Shown here: piece after piece, positions 24,471 through 38,374 of the stretch
Numbering within the stretch: position 1 is the first letter of the stretch
Layout of the letters: every line of letters starts with the position of its first letter
From: Chiloscyllium plagiosum
Taxonomy: Eukaryota
DNA: 49,143 bases
Assembly (NCBI RefSeq): GCF_004010195.1
Contig: NC_057719.1
Span: 75,221,466 to 75,270,608 of the forward strand
Direction: 5' to 3'
Notes under the pieces: generated by a model
Told to the model about the DNA's origin: nothing
Seen by the model: only the letters and a program-made list of their open reading frames with translations
The model's database searches: none
Translations under genes and position numbers: made by a program

Positions 24471-25677
24471 GAAAGAATTTTTAAAAATGACAACCATTTG
24501 AAAGTCATGATGAAGCATAATACTTTGGTTTCAATTGCTGATTTTCTTAATTTGAACTTTCCAAGAAGTGCTGAACTAAGGTTTAGCCTCAAGTACTATT
24601 AGAATACAATTTGCCTGGAGTGATGTTTTGGACTTTCCTCATACCAATTTCTGCTGAAGGTGTGAAGTGCTCTGTCTGGTACATCTCAAGTTGGATCACA
24701 GACCAACTGAGAAGATATCTTGGATGCCACTGGAGATCCTGATGAAGGAGTTCCAGAGGATGGTACCTACAGTGGGGTCAGGATGTCATTTTCCCTTCCT
24801 TTCCCTGTCTCCTACCTGGCCTCATTTTGTCATCCCACGCCTCCTCTGGACAAAGAGATTCCTGTACAAGATGCTCATAACCACACACTCTTTTTCTGGT
24901 GCTTGAGGTAGAGGAGTATAACATGGAGTGAGCTTCAGAACTTCCAGAAAAAAAGCATCATCGATTATTGATGAAATCTTGACAAAAGTGTCCCAGAAAA
25001 ACTTGTGATAGGTTGCAGAGGTAATCTTTACAGTTCGAGCAGCAAGGAGTCTATGTTGGTGAATGTCCATTTAAATACCACCTGAAATCTATATCAGTGC
25101 AACGTTTACTCTAGGAAAACTGTTAGGCATCAAAACGTCATGAACACTCCTAGCAGTGGGCAATACAATTTTTTAACGAGCCTCCTCTGAGGCAGGATCA
25201 GAGATTAAAGCCAGAATTGTAGCATGTGCTATTTTTAACTTATACGTATACTCAAGTGCATGCAGAAATTTTCAGTGACACTGTTAATGTCTAATGGTTA
25301 GTAAACTGCTCTGCACTTGGTGATTGAATGAGATAAATATTTCTGATGCAAGGTTTCTCTCTGTGAAACGTTCATGTCTTACTCTAGGAATATAACTTGC
25401 CTTTGAGTGTTAACATGTATGTTCATAGACATTGTTCCTGGTTGTGTGGTTTTCTGGCCTTTTGAGGTTGCATGCTGTCTCTCTTCCTGGTCTCACTGCT
25501 CTCATTCCCCATCCACTTGGCCAGACTCTTTGTGTCCCCTCTGTCTCTACCCTGACTATCCAGTGTATGCCCCCCGCTCTCACACTAGCTCCTGGAAAAC
25601 TACCTTTTGAGCTTGAAAGTTTGGGGCAACCTATTTCAGGTGAAGAGAGAACATAGGCAAGCAAGTGGCACATATAT

Positions 25678-26264
25678 AATAAGACCATAAGACATAGGAG
25701 TGGAAGTAAGGCCATTCGGCCCATCGAGTCCACTCTACCATTCAATCATGGCTGATGGGCATTTCAACTACACTTACCCACATTCTCCCCGTAGCCCTTA
25801 ATTCCTTGTGACAGCAAGAATTTATCAATCTCTGCCTTGAAGACATTTAGCGTCCCAGCCTCCACTGCTCTCCGCGGCAATGAATTCCACAGGCCCACCA
25901 CTCTCTGGCTGAAGAAATTTCTCCGCATTTCTGTTCTGAATTTACCCCCTCTAATTCTAAGGCTGTGTCCATGGGTCCTAATCTCCTCACCTAACGGAAA
26001 CAATTTCCTAGCGTCCACCCTTTCCAAGTCATGTATTATCTTGTAAGTTTCTATTAGATCTCCCCTTAATCTTCTAAACTCCAATGAATACAATCCCAGG
26101 ATCCTCAGCCGTTCCTCGTATGTTAGACCTACCATTCCAGGGATCATCCGTGTGAATCTCTGCTGGACATGCTCCAGTGCCAGTTTGATCTTCCTGAGGT
26201 GTGGGGACCAAAACTGGACACAGTACTCCAAATGGGGCCTAACCAGAGCTTTACAAAGTCTCAA
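25678..26264 (-). mobile_element. CR1 LINE 3' fragment, well preserved
   Basis: ORF 25764..26264 is open for 166 aa: LVRPHLEYCVQFWSPHLRK...FFSQRVVGLWNSLP. Tail tatgtcttatggtcttat. Confidence 0.95.
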
Positions 26265-27149
26265 GTGGCCCTAATTGAAGATATTTAGCATCTTTTCCTT
26301 ATATGGAGAAAAATAAAAAATAATTAAACTATCTCTGAACTAAAAAGGACAAGAAGCAAAAAGATGTGTTTTTCAGTGAACAAAAATTAAAATATTACGT
26401 TAGACACAATAAGTATTACTACAACCATAGTTAAAAGGTCATCTCATTGACTGAAGCTGATAGGCCTAGACTCAGACTCCAACTAAGGTTAAATAACTGA
26501 TTTTTACGCTCTTATGGCTCCTGCCTGACTCAAAACCACCTACAGGTCAATTGCCTGAGGGTGACCCAAAAATGGAGGCAGTCCAGTATATACACGTACA
26601 GATTTGTTGCTGACTCTGAACCTTTTTGTCCGAGCCAATATGTCGACAAATGCATTGTTCCTTAGGACTTGCAGGTACCAGAATAAATGATCTACTTCAG
26701 CAAAGGGTCCCCTTGGAATGAACTTGCTGTGTAAACAATCTCAGCCACTCAACCCATCAGTGCGGATTCACCCGCTGAGCGCTGATTAAGAATTGCTCAT
26801 GTACGAGAGTGAACGATTTAATGATTGCTCTCAATTGAAAGCATATTTGAAACTGTTGAGCTGTGATTAAAAGAGATAAATATTTCTGGTGATAGGATGC
26901 CAGAGGTTAGACAAAGCTAGGGAAGAGATGTTAATACCCCTTCTTAATTTTTTAAATTATCCTTTCTTAATAAAGTCCACTTTAATCTCTAATAGGAGTC
27001 ACAAAATGGGGGGAGAAAAAGACTTGTCTTAATTTTTCAAAGCTCCAGAATATTTAAAACTCAAGTTGAAGAGGTTAGTAGTAGTGAATTAACCAGTATG
27101 TTCATCTGTGACAGCTCTCTATCAAGCCCTCATAGGACTTTGAGTCATG

Positions 27150-27780
27150 CAGGCGAGGTCAATATTTGTTCCCCATCGCAACTTGACCTTTAGGAAGTGA
27201 TAATGAGCTCTATTCTTAAACTGCTGTGGTCCATCTGATGTGGGTGCACAGAACAAAGATGTGAGGAAGGGCATTCCAGGATTTTGATCCATTGAAAGGG
27301 AAGGAATGGTGATGTAGTTCCATGTCAGGATAGTGAGTGCCTTGAGCAGGAACTTGCAGGTTGTGGTATTTCCATGCTTCTGCTGCTCTTGTCCTTCTAT
27401 GTGGGTGAGCCTGTGGTTTTAGAAGGTGTTGGCAAGGGATCATTGGTGAGTTGATGGAGTCCATTTTAAAGATATTATTATCACTGTGCAGTGGTGGTGG
27501 AGGTACTGAATGTTGAAGTGGTGGATGTGGTGCCAGTTAAGTGGGCTGCTTTCTCCTGAATAGTGTCAAGCTTCTTCAAGTTGTTGGCGCTGTACTCATC
27601 CAGGCAAGTAGGGAGTATTCCATCACACTCCTGCCTTGTGCTTTGTAGATGGTGGACAGGCTTTGAGGAGACAGAATACTCACTCAGCTTCTGATCTACT
27701 TTTGTAGTCTATAATATTTAAATGATCCAGCCCAGTTCAGTTTCTGGTCAATGGTAACACTCAGGATGTTGAGTGCGGTG
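27150..27780 (-). mobile_element. LINE 3' fragment (same family as 235-790)
   Basis: Reverse complement has caaagcctgtccaccatctacaaagcacaaggcaggagtgtgatggaatac. Confidence 0.85.
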
Positions 27781-28549
27781 GAAAAAGCCATTCATTGCTT
27801 TTATGAAGGTTTCACATGTACTGAAGGATTCACTGTTTGGAATTGGGGATGAATTATTCCTGACAGAAATGAAAGCGTGCTGGTGAATGACATTATGTTT
27901 GGAGCATGTAGACAGAACCTAGGTTCAACAGTCAGACATTCTCTGACTTAATGTGATTAAAGCTCAGAAGTTTTAAAACTTGTCCGTAAATATAGAGAAT
28001 GGTGTTTGACTTTGCACCACGGATCTACACAAGACTCGCAAGTTGAGTAAATCACATTTAGGTTGAATGAAGCATCCAGTTGTAGAATCCTTAACAAAGG
28101 AGATGTGTTTCCCAGGCACATTAACCATGAGGTTGAGGTCACCCAGCCAGGACAAACATACTCCAAAAGGCAGTGGTGCTGAACCAGAATCTTGAACAGG
28201 ATGAGATGTGAGAAGAGAATCATGATTCTTAGTGTAATTCCACAGCACGGATTTGTGCAAATCAATATCTAAAACTAATCTAAGTTGGGTAAGGATTATG
28301 CTGAACTTGTTCATTGGCAATGGCAAAGTTGCTTCTCTCCTGGTAAGAATTAACGTAAGTTTAGATTTTATAAACAAGGCAGTTGCATTTAATTTAATGC
28401 CTGAGTTAATGGACATCCGTGATTCAAGGCAGCTCACCAACCATCTTCTTAAGGATATTTGAGGACAGGTAAAAATGTGGAACACACCACCATAAATGAG
28501 AAAAGAAATAGACATTGATGACAGTTGAGCCTATGGTTGTTGATTGTAT

Positions 28550-29499
28550 CTTAAGTAATATTAGCAAATTTGCTGATGATACAAAGCTGGGTGGCAGGGT
28601 GAAATGTGAGGAGGATGTTAGGAGATTACAGGGTGAGCTGGACAGGCTAGGTGAGTGGACGGATGCATGGCAGATGCAGTTTAATGTGGATAAATGTGTA
28701 GTTAACCACTTTGGTGGCAAGAACAAGAAGGCAGATTACTACCTAAATGGAGTCAAGTTAGGTAAAGGGGCAGTGCAACGAGATCTAGGTGTTCTTGTAC
28801 ACCAGTCAATGAAGGCAAGCATGCAGGTACAGCAGGTAATGAAGAAAGCTAATAGCATGCTGGCCTTCAGAACAAGAGGAATTGAGTATAGAAGCAAAGT
28901 GGTCCTTCTGCAGCTGTACAGGTTCCTGGTGAGACCGCACCTGGAATATTGTGCGCAGCTTTGGTCTCCAAATTTGAGGAAAGACATTCTGGCTATTGAA
29001 GGAGTGCAGTGTAGGTTCACGAGGTCAATTCCTGGAATGGCAGGACTATCTTACGCTGAAAGATTGGAGTGACTGGGCTTGTATACCCTTGAGTTTAGAA
29101 GGCTGAGAGGGGATCTGATTGAGACGTATAAGATTATTAAAGGATTGGACACTCTGGAGGCAGGAAGCGTGTTTCCGCTGATGGGTGAGTCCCGAACCAG
29201 AGGTCACAGCTTAAAAATAAGGAGTAGGCCACTTAGAACAGAGTTGAGGAGAAACCTCTTGACCCAGAGAGTGGTGGGTGTATGGAATGCTCTGCCCCAG
29301 AAGGCTGTGGAGGCCAAGTCTCTGGATACTTTCAAGAAAGAATTGGAAAGAGCTCTTAAGGATAGTGGAATCAAGGGTTATGGGGATAAGGCAGGAACAG
29401 GATACTGATTGAGGATGATCAGCCATGATCATAATGAATGGTGGTTCTGGCTCGAAGGGCAGAATGACTTACTCCTGCACCTATTATCTATTGTCTATT
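28550..29499 (+). mobile_element. CR1 LINE 3' ~950 bp, one in-frame stop
   Basis: ISKFADDTKLGG (RT catalytic motif)...LVRPHLEYCAQLWSP. ORFs 28515..29072 and 29079..29408 are in the same frame, separated by TGA (likely CGA>TGA). (ctatt)n tail. Confidence 0.95.
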
Positions 29500-30879
29500 A
29501 GGGTACTGCAGGAGCCTTTGAGAGTCCTAAAGGGACACTACTAGTAATTTGACAAACAAGCCTTGGCTGAGAGCATCACATTAGTATTCTTGGGCGCAGT
29601 AACATCTTCACAAGCACAGCTATTTGTTTGATATATGTGTCCTGTTTGTTGATTGTACCCCTTACTTTCCATAGTTGAATCTCTCTGAAGTGTGCAAACA
29701 ACGTAATGATGTTGGAATTCCTGGCATTCCATGAACAAATAATAATTTTGAAAGAATTATTAATAGTATTGATCAGTTTCATATCTTACAAAAGGTGTCA
29801 ATTCTTCAGCAACAATTATCTCGCACAATTCTCTGAGGGTTTTATCTACAAAGCCTAAGCACCATGCATCTCCATTTTATTGGGAACTTCCTGAGAGTCA
29901 CAAGGAGGAAAGGAAGTGCTTGGACATTGGAGCCTTACCAAGGAGACCTCTTGGCCTGGATGAAGAGTAGGAGGACAACACAAAGCCAGGCAGAGCAGCG
30001 CCAGTTGCTGCTGAAGAGAAGGAAAGCTTGCATCCTTGTTTCTCTTGCATCGGGACCTCCTGTTCCCTCTCCAAAATCCTGTGTACACTTTCCTGTAGTC
30101 CTTGCACCGGCCTGCCTTAGGTCACTGAGAGTCTGCTGGAGCACTCCATACCTTCAATGAAAGTTGTCATATTACATGTAAACCCAACCACTAGCAACTA
30201 ATAGTTGGGTAGACTACAGCTACCAATCCTCTATTTTATACTGGGTCCAAGGGCCACTTTGATTAGTAGTGGCAGATATCAACCAATACAGAGTCTTAAC
30301 AAGAAGAGAAACTTGTCTTACCACCAAGACATAGCTTGATGCATGATAGCAATATGTTCAAGTTACACAGTCTATATAATTGTGCCTGACTAACCAATTC
30401 ATAGCCAGGGATGACAAGCCTAAATGCATTGGGATTGAGCTAGACTCCTCTTTTTGACACGCAAAACTGTATAACATCTGTTGGATTACGTTGCACCCAG
30501 TCTCCAACATTACCTCTTCAGAGCCGTTTCTTTATACAGCAGAAGCAGGTGCGAGATGGTGTGATAATAATACTGATCAGCATTTGATGGTTCAACTTGC
30601 AAATATTTGCTCAATGTCTCAGTTAAATTCAGATTAGAGAATGTTGACTGGCCCCCCAAAAAGGCTCTCAGTAAACATGCAGGACATGACAGTGCAGTAC
30701 ACCTGCCTGAGACATTTGTGCATGTTTATTGTGCTTATTTGGCCATCGCCATGTTTTTACTGGCATGGCATTTCACAGAGCATACATGTATAGAACTTTC
30801 CACCTGTGCAATATGAGCCTTTCGGAGGTCTCAGGGACCGCTGCAGTTCACAGGGGCCAGGTACACCCACCGTGCTGTT

Positions 30880-31180
30880 CCAGGATCCTGAACTAGCTAC
30901 AGGCAGTGCAGTTCCAAGTCAGGATAGCATCAGGCTTGAAGGGGAATTTGCAAATGGTGGTGGTTCCATGCGTCTGTTGTCTTTGCCCTGCTGGGTAGAG
31001 AGGCCATGGGTTTAGAAAGTGGTGTCAAAAGAACATCTTTACTGCAGTGAACATCTTGTGAATGGTACCTATTAATGCCACTGTGCACCAGTGGTGAAGT
31101 TGGGGTGCCAATCAAGGGAGGTTTTTGTCCTTGATGGTGCTGAGCTTCATGAATGTTTCGGAGTACTTTCATCCAAACAT
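30880..31180 (-). mobile_element. decayed LINE 3' fragment (same family as 235-790)
   Basis: Reverse complement aagctcagcaccatcaaggacaaaaacc...atggaaccaccaccatttgcaaattcccc. Confidence 0.65.
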
Positions 31181-32959
31181 TCCCGAACCAGCTAGGACAG
31201 CAGCAGCATGGCATTCCCAGTCTGTCGTCTTCCAGTGCTACATCATGATTGCTAAATTGGTGCCAAATTCCGCACTTATTTTTCTGCTGTGAGCCAATTC
31301 CATTTCTGATAGTTTTACAACCATATTAAAAGGGAGAGGAAAAGAAAACAAAAAAATTGTGGAAGACAAAATTACCTTGATCCCTTCCATGGAGGTTAGA
31401 TGCAACTGTAAACTTTGTTTTGAACCTGTAAAATGTAACCACCACTAAAACCATCAGAGAAAGCAAACTGCCTGTGGTTTATTAAATGCATGAGCCATAG
31501 CAACATTCTAATCCTTCTAGAGTACTTGTGGAATAATATTCTATCTCTAAATGTGAAGGGTAAATTGGTTTCATTTTTTTTTGTCTGTATTTGGCACCCC
31601 AACTGTTCTGCTACTGTTACTGGCGCCATTACTTTTCAACTCTGTTTGATGACTCCCTGCATGCAATCTAGTTTGGCAAATTCTACTACACCTAACTGGC
31701 AAACAAACTGCAGAGTGTTTGACTATTAAAAAAAGGGTACATCTGTTGAACATTATGAAGTACTAATTCACAACAGCAGAACCCATAACTTTTAACAGAC
31801 AGAAGGCTCTCTAAATGATACATTTTTTAATTATGTAGGGTACAAAATTTTATTTTTATGCTTACATAAATTCTGGAAGAAAAAAAATGATTATTAATGC
31901 TATCGATGTTTGTTTTAAAACATGGCCCATGGGGTTTTAAGGACTTAGAAGATTGTCCTTGGACCTTTATCAACATGGAGGTCCAGGAAAAACAACAGAA
32001 GACAGGCAATACCAGACAACTTAATTCTGAACTTAATTGCTAAAAAGAAATGCTGTTCATCTATTGCTTTGTAGATGAGAGGAGTGAATATTAGAGGTGT
32101 GGAGGACAACTCGGGTCTATTTGCTCTGACTCTGACATTTGTAACCCATGGCTTCTGCAGTTTTCCAGTAATGTTCAATGCAATCTCGAAGACGAGTACT
32201 TTATCTTTTGACTCGGTGCTCTGGGCTTGACAACATGAAGTTTAACTTTAGATATAAACTCTCCTTCAACTCTTTCCATCTATTCTACCCTTTCTTTTAC
32301 TTTGCTTATTTCACTTAGACTTGTTTCTTTCCTTACCTCTATATGTTGCATTCATGATTTTACGTGTCCATTAAATCCTCATTTGAACACAGCTTTTGTT
32401 TCTTTACTAAAACCATTGCCAATCTGTTTGTCTGGTGCATCATTCAATGTTTTCGTATTGAATCTTCCTGGGCCTCCAACCTATTGCAGGAAATACAAAA
32501 GTATTGGGACCCTGGAGCAACCCTGTGATGATGTCACAGAACTGTACATCTCTGAGTATGAACGGACAGACTATGGAGTTGGAACACCCTAAAGCTTGGT
32601 ATTCTGCACCAGACCCAGACAATAACAAGGATAAGAACACACAAAGTAGATATAATTGACTTTACTTGATGTAACTATAAGTCTGAAACTCGTGTATCTA
32701 TGATTACCATGCACAGTAGTATTTAACACATAGTAAATTGTGTTACTTTGAAGTTCAAACCTGAAGACAGATCTTGACTTTGCCTTCTCCTACAACTCAG
32801 GGACCAAACCCAGTGTTATACCAGCTAATGATGTGAATGGACACGTTAGATCACAGACGAAACCTGGCTTTTCTCTTTTATTTGAGTTAATGTGGTGGCC
32901 ATTCACTGAAACAAGGTCATGCATTCTATTGAAAGCTCATAAAACAAACAGCAAAACAA

Positions 32960-34255
32960 AGTCTCTTCCCATTTATTGACGGTAGGACTTAAATGTAGGG
33001 GGTACAGCTCCTGCATTCACAGATGACATGAAAATTGCTAGGGTGCTAAATCATGAGGATAGCCATAAGCTGTAGGTGAAGGACATCAATGGACTGGCCA
33101 GGTGGACAGAGCAGTGCCAAAAAGAATTTAACCTGGAAAAGGGGAAGGTAATTCGCTCGGGAAGGACCAACAAGGCAAGGAATTATATATGAATGGTAAG
33201 ACTCTGGGTAGTACTGAAGATCAGAGGGGATTATAATGTGCATATCCTCAGGTCCCAGAATGTAGGAAGGCTGGTAGGTAAGGTAGTGAGGGAATCAGAA
33301 GGGATATTTTTCCCTTTATTAACTGAAACCTAGAATATGAGAGCAAGGAGGTTATGCTTGAACTGTAAATGTGGCTGGATTGGTCACAACTGGAATACTG
33401 CATGCAGTTCTGACCACCACATTAAAAGTCGGATGTGACTGCACTAAAGAGTGCAGAGGAGATTAACCAGGATGCAGCCTTGGCTGGATGTTCTCAGCTA
33501 TCAGGAAAGATGGGAAAGGTTAGATTGTTTCCCTTGGAATAGCAATGAGGAAGAGAGACCTGCAAGTAGTGTACAAGATTGAGTATCAGAGAATCATGGA
33601 ATCCCTCCAGTGCAGAAAGAGGCCATTCAGTGGATCGAGTCTGCACCGACCCTCTGAAGAGCATCCCAGCCAGACCCAGCATCCCCAACCCAACCCTGTA
33701 AACCCACATTTTCCTATGGCTAATCTACTTAATCTGCACATCCCTAGACACTGCGGGGCAATTTTACAATGGCCAAGGCACCTAACCTGCACATTTTTTG
33801 ACTGGGAGGAAACCAGTGCACCCAGAGGAAGCCCACACAGACATGGGGAGAACGTGCAACCTCCCCACATACTGTTGCCCATGGTTAGAATCTAACCTGG
33901 GTCCCTGGCACTGTGAGGCAGCAATGCTGACCTTCAGTATGATACTATGATTCTAGATTGAGTAGCATAGATAGGGTAAATAGAAATACATGTCTTCAAT
34001 TAGTAGACGGGTCAGTAACCAGGAGGCGTAGATTGAGAATGGAGGAAAGAAAGCTGTGGAGATTTCAGGAGAATATCTTTTTATCCAGATGGTGGTGGGA
34101 GTCTTGAACTTGTCTTGAAAGACAATTGAGGCAGAAGCCTGTATAACATTTATACAGTATTCAGATTTTCACTTGCCATATCCTTCACAGTCATTAACCA
34201 ACAACTGCAAAATGAGATTACTGTAGTCAGTACTTTGATGAGCAAAATGGATATG
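32960..34255 (+). mobile_element. old decayed CR1 fragment with a nested SINE
   Basis: FTDDMKIARV, QLEYCMQF*PPH and FYPDGGGSLEL-like remnants. Confidence 0.7.
33588..33932 (-). mobile_element. HE1-type V-SINE
   Basis: Reverse complement has gcattgctgcctcacagtgccagggacccagg and ttgcacgttctccccatgtctgtgtggg. Confidence 0.85.
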
Positions 34256-34933
34256 GCTTCATTGTATCAGCAACGGAGTCTACTGCCTGGCACAGACTGA
34301 AATAAGAGAAATTATCACTGTATATCAAATCCTTTAAGTTTGGCTTAACTGATTCTCCCCAGCTCTTACCTGTGAACTGTGAATTCTTCTTACATGAAGA
34401 GTCACAAACCTGAGAGCTTAGATTTTCTCAGTTTTTAATAATCTGTAGATTTCTAACCAAACACTGCTAGTAAGGATGTTTGACAAATTCAAAACCTTTT
34501 TCGACTGAGATACTGTGCTTTCCCTGATTTATCCTAAACTCCTTCCAAAGAGAGAATCTATAATTGTTTCTGACCCCAGGCAGATTTCCTCTGAACTGTC
34601 CTAAAAACTTTCAATCTTTGTGTTTCTTAAGATAAAATCAATTCTTGTTTATCTTAAACCAAAAACAAACTAATTATCTTCAATGTTTACCCTACCTGTC
34701 AGAAACTACCACAGTAAAAGTATCATTCATTAACATTCTGGGTTCCTGCTCTGACAGATACTGGATGAGGTCACTGTTCTGAAGGACTGTCTGACCTACT
34801 TACTTTTTAAAAATGAAACAATTCAGAGAAAAAAAAACAACCAATCATTTATGACACAATTTTAAAATCAAACTCTACAAATTGCACCTACAACAGATTG
34901 GCGTTGAACCACACAATAAAAGATTGCTCACAT

Positions 34934-35115
34934 GAAAACAAAAAATGCTGGAAATCATAGCAGGTCTGGCAGCATCCATGGGGAATGAGGAAGCTAATGG
35001 TTCGAGTCTAGATGACTCTTCATCACAGCTGGCTCTGATGATTCCTGACCCGCTGTGATTTGCAGCATTTTTTTTTTCAGTAAAGATTCCAGCACCTGCA
35101 CTAGTTTGCTCCAAA
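34934..35115. mobile_element. palindromic PLE pLTR mini-element (third family, one arm deleted)
   Basis: aaaaaatgctggaaatcatagcaggtc versus gacccgctgtgatttgcagcatttttt. Minus-strand motif gct GTGATGA a GAGTC atcta GACTC GAAC catt agc. TSD attgctCacat (34923-34933) / attgctAacat (35116-35126). Confidence 0.7.
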
Positions 35116-35982
35116 ATTGCTAACATTCTGTCCCTTCCTTCTTTCTGTTGGCTTCAAACCTCTTGCATGAGAACTGAAGAGAGGCAGAAATGTAAGGGCA
35201 GTCACAACCTGAAATCTTTTGCTTTAGAGTAAAGGCTCAGCAGCCAGACTAGAAGTGTCAATTTCATATGTGGGTGGGATGCATTTTCTCATGCAATTAT
35301 GCAGTTGATAACTAATTAATTAGGTACATGCAGAGAGCACGGTGAATTCTGAAGTGGCAGTGGGAAGGAAGTTTAAGTCCTGGACATTCCCTCATGGGTT
35401 GAACTACACTGTGCCTCCAAGTAGCAGGTCCTGTTTATCATATTAATCATAAAATTGCCATTGTCCAGAGGACAACCGGGCTGCATGCCCATTTAGAGCT
35501 GGTGGAGTTTAGCTTGAGGTCCATCATATTGTTGTGGGAACTGACCTCACACTTTCACTGTCACTTTATATTGCAAGCCAGCTGTCTAGCCAACACTGTC
35601 AACCAATTCCTGTCACATAACTGATAATTGTCTAATAATCAATTGCTCTTCAGGGATTATTAACTCTGTGGGGTCACTCAGTTAAATCAGAACAGTGCAT
35701 TTCAAGCATATGAAGCAGACATTACAGCAAACAAATTGAAATCTGTGTACAGCTTGTGGCTGCGTGGGAGGCTAACAGAGTCGTAGCATTGTCTACTCAC
35801 AGCATGTGGAATTCTTCAAAGTGAACTCTTTTCAAGACAGGGTGTTCACTTCCCAGGGTTAACAGCAGGGTCCCCCATTTCTGACCAAGGCGGCCTGGAA
35901 AGTGGGACAATGCAGATTATGTGTGGCTGGTGCCCATGGACAATGTCCAACATTTAGGTCATTTGGAACAAGCAACAAGTGT

Positions 35983-36700
35983 AGCTGAACAAAGAGACCT
36001 TGGAGTGCAGGTTCATATCTCCTTGAAAGTGGAGTCGCAGGTAGATAGGATAGTGAAGAAGGTGTTTGGTATGCTTTCCTTTATTGGTCAGAGTATTGAG
36101 TACAGGAGTTGGGAGGTCATGTTGCAGCTGTACAGGACATTGGTTAGGCCACTTTTGGAATATTGCATGCAATTCTGGTCTCCTTCCTATTGGAAGGATG
36201 TTGTGAAACTTGAAAAGGTTCAGAAAAGATTTACAAGGATGTTGCCAGGATTGAAGGGCTTGAGCTACAGGGAGAGGCTGAATAGGCTAGGGCTGTTTTC
36301 CCTGGAGCATCAGAGGCTGAGGGGTGACCTTATCAAGACTTACCAAATCATGAGGGGCATGAATAGGGTAAATAGATAAAGTATTTTCCCTGTGGTGAGG
36401 GAGTCCAGAACTAGAGGGCATTGGTTTACGGCGAGAAGGGAAAGATATAAAAGGGTCCTAAGGGGCAACCTTTTCACTCATCGGGTGGTGCGTGTATGGA
36501 ATGAGCTGCCAGAGGAAGTGGTGGAGGCTGGTGCAATTGCAGCATTTAAAAGGATGGGTATATGAATAGGAAGGGTTTGGAGGGATATTGGCCAAGTGCT
36601 GACAAATGGGACGAGATTGGGTTGGAATATCTGGTCGGCATGGACTAGTTGGACCGAAGGGTTTGTTTCCGTGCTGTACATCTCTATGACTCTATGACTC
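35983..36700 (+). mobile_element. CR1 LINE 3' fragment (same subfamily as 11260-11791)
   Basis: QRDLGVQVH..LYRTLVRPLLEYCMQFWSPSYWKDVVKLE. Tail tctctatgactctatgactc. Confidence 0.95.
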
Positions 36701-37659
36701 CAAGTTAAACCCATCAAGAATATGCCCTGGTTTCCATGTCAAACTTTCTTGATGGTTAATTTTGTATGGCAAGTTTAGTAAGATTGCAGCCAATGATGCT
36801 TTGGACTGTTCACAAGGCATTTCACAAGCAATCAGAAGCATCAGTTGAGAACCTATCACTGCCCAATGAGAGTCTAATAACAGTGCTTGAGAAAACTGTC
36901 AAAGATATGGTGTCTCACCAAACATCTTGTTCTATTCTGCCACAGTTCTCACCATAGTTCAGGTCACTCATAGCCTGGTAAGATTCCGCCATTAAAGGAA
37001 TACTTAGAAAGACAATCTCACAATTACAGAATGGTCAAACCATTTCTCTCCAGTGTATACTTTGTAGAAAATCAATATATTTATTTTTATACATTATTAC
37101 AGCCCTCAAGGGCTCCAATGAGTTCATACCTTTTTCACAAATCTGCACCCCCCCCACAACCGTATTTCTCCCTGCCTCTCTCTCAAGTCCCCATTTTGCT
37201 TATGATCCAAGTCAATAGTGGTGACCCAGTCAAAAATTACAACTGATACTCCTCGTACAGGATATCAGTCATCAGTGTTCTTATCAACTGAGATTCCTTA
37301 CTTTTGGATATTTGACATATCTCAATATGTTCTGAGACAAATCAGACACCACTAGTTTCAGAGTTTGCAACTTGTATATTTTCAAGAGATCTCTGCAACC
37401 ACAAAATTGCAGCACTCATGCTTACTGTTCAGAGGTTAGTACCTTAAGTCTGTGTGCCTGTTTTGTTTTGCTCTGAATCTACATCCAAGTTTAACCATTC
37501 AAGTACTATCATCGTAGATCAGTTCCAAGATTCTTAGTCAAAGACAGAACAACTGTATTTTATATGTACCATAACTGAAGTGTTACAAAAGTACATAGAT
37601 GTTTCATCCTTCAATCTTAACTAAGAGCCTTCCATTATTTAAAAACAGCCACCTAACAA

Positions 37660-37880
37660 TTCTAATCCAATTTTTCAGCACTTGGCCCATAGCCTTGTGT
37701 GCCTTGGCACATCGACATAATTCTTAATTGTTTTGAGGGTTTCTGCCTCAACCAAATTTACAGACAGTGAGTTCTGGGTGAAAATATTTTTCCTCTCGTT
37801 CCCTCTCGATCCCTCCACCAAGGGGAAATTTCTTTCTCTCCACCTTGTCTATGGTGCTGATAATTTTATACATCTCAATC
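37660..37880 (-). mobile_element. decayed CR1 3' fragment
   Basis: cagcacttggcccatagcc and gttctgggtgaaaatattttt (reverse of NIFTQ). Confidence 0.5.
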
Positions 37881-38282
37881 ATTGCCCCTGCATGCCCCAA
37901 GTCTCCTTTCCTCCTGCTCTCTTTTCAGATGTGTGACCTGAAAAGTATTGTATTGAGAATAGGCTGACGTTAAACCAGGTTATCGAACAGAAAAATACAT
38001 GAATGGAGTACAGTTTTCCAATGAGGTACATGAATTTCCCAGGATACTCTTCATGCCATAATTTAAAGTATACACCTTCTCCCTTGTTACCAACTCAACT
38101 CACTTTCAAGATAGAAATCCCTGCATGAGCCAGCTTCCCTTAGAAGGCTTATGTTATTCACACTATAGCTTGGAATTTCTCATTGTCCTGTCTGACTAAA
38201 GAATGAGATCCTTCTGATTAAGGGGCAGAGACAAGACTCCACCCAGACTTTGAGTGTTGACAATGGTCCTCTAAGCTACTAG

Positions 38283-38374
38283 ATTGGAGTGGTGCTGGAA
38301 AAGCACAGCAGGTCAGGCAGCGTCCGAAGTGCAGGAAAATCGATGTTTCGGGCAAAAGATCTTCATCAGGAATG
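38283..38374 (-). mobile_element. solo PLE pLTR stub with hammerhead motif
   Basis: Minus strand: attc CTGATGA a gatc tttt GCCC GAAA caTC gatt. Flanks gctactag / gctattag may be a TSD. Confidence 0.75.

Noticed and set aside
24738..24765. CTGATGAAGGAG as another hammerhead
   Set aside because: It has no closing stem II followed by GAAA and no pLTR tail.
27957..28515. 180-aa and 102-aa minus-strand ORFs
   Set aside because: No recognisable domain. LLEYVCPGW hints at an ancient LINE but is too weak to call.
28515..29408. Functional reverse transcriptase gene
   Set aside because: It is a 5'-truncated CR1 with an internal stop and no endonuclease or N-terminal RT.
29855..30160. Cluster of overlapping short ORFs (similarly 32302-32640 and 45758-46614)
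   Set aside because: No recognisable homology or convincing paired splice sites, and lengths are within chance expectation.
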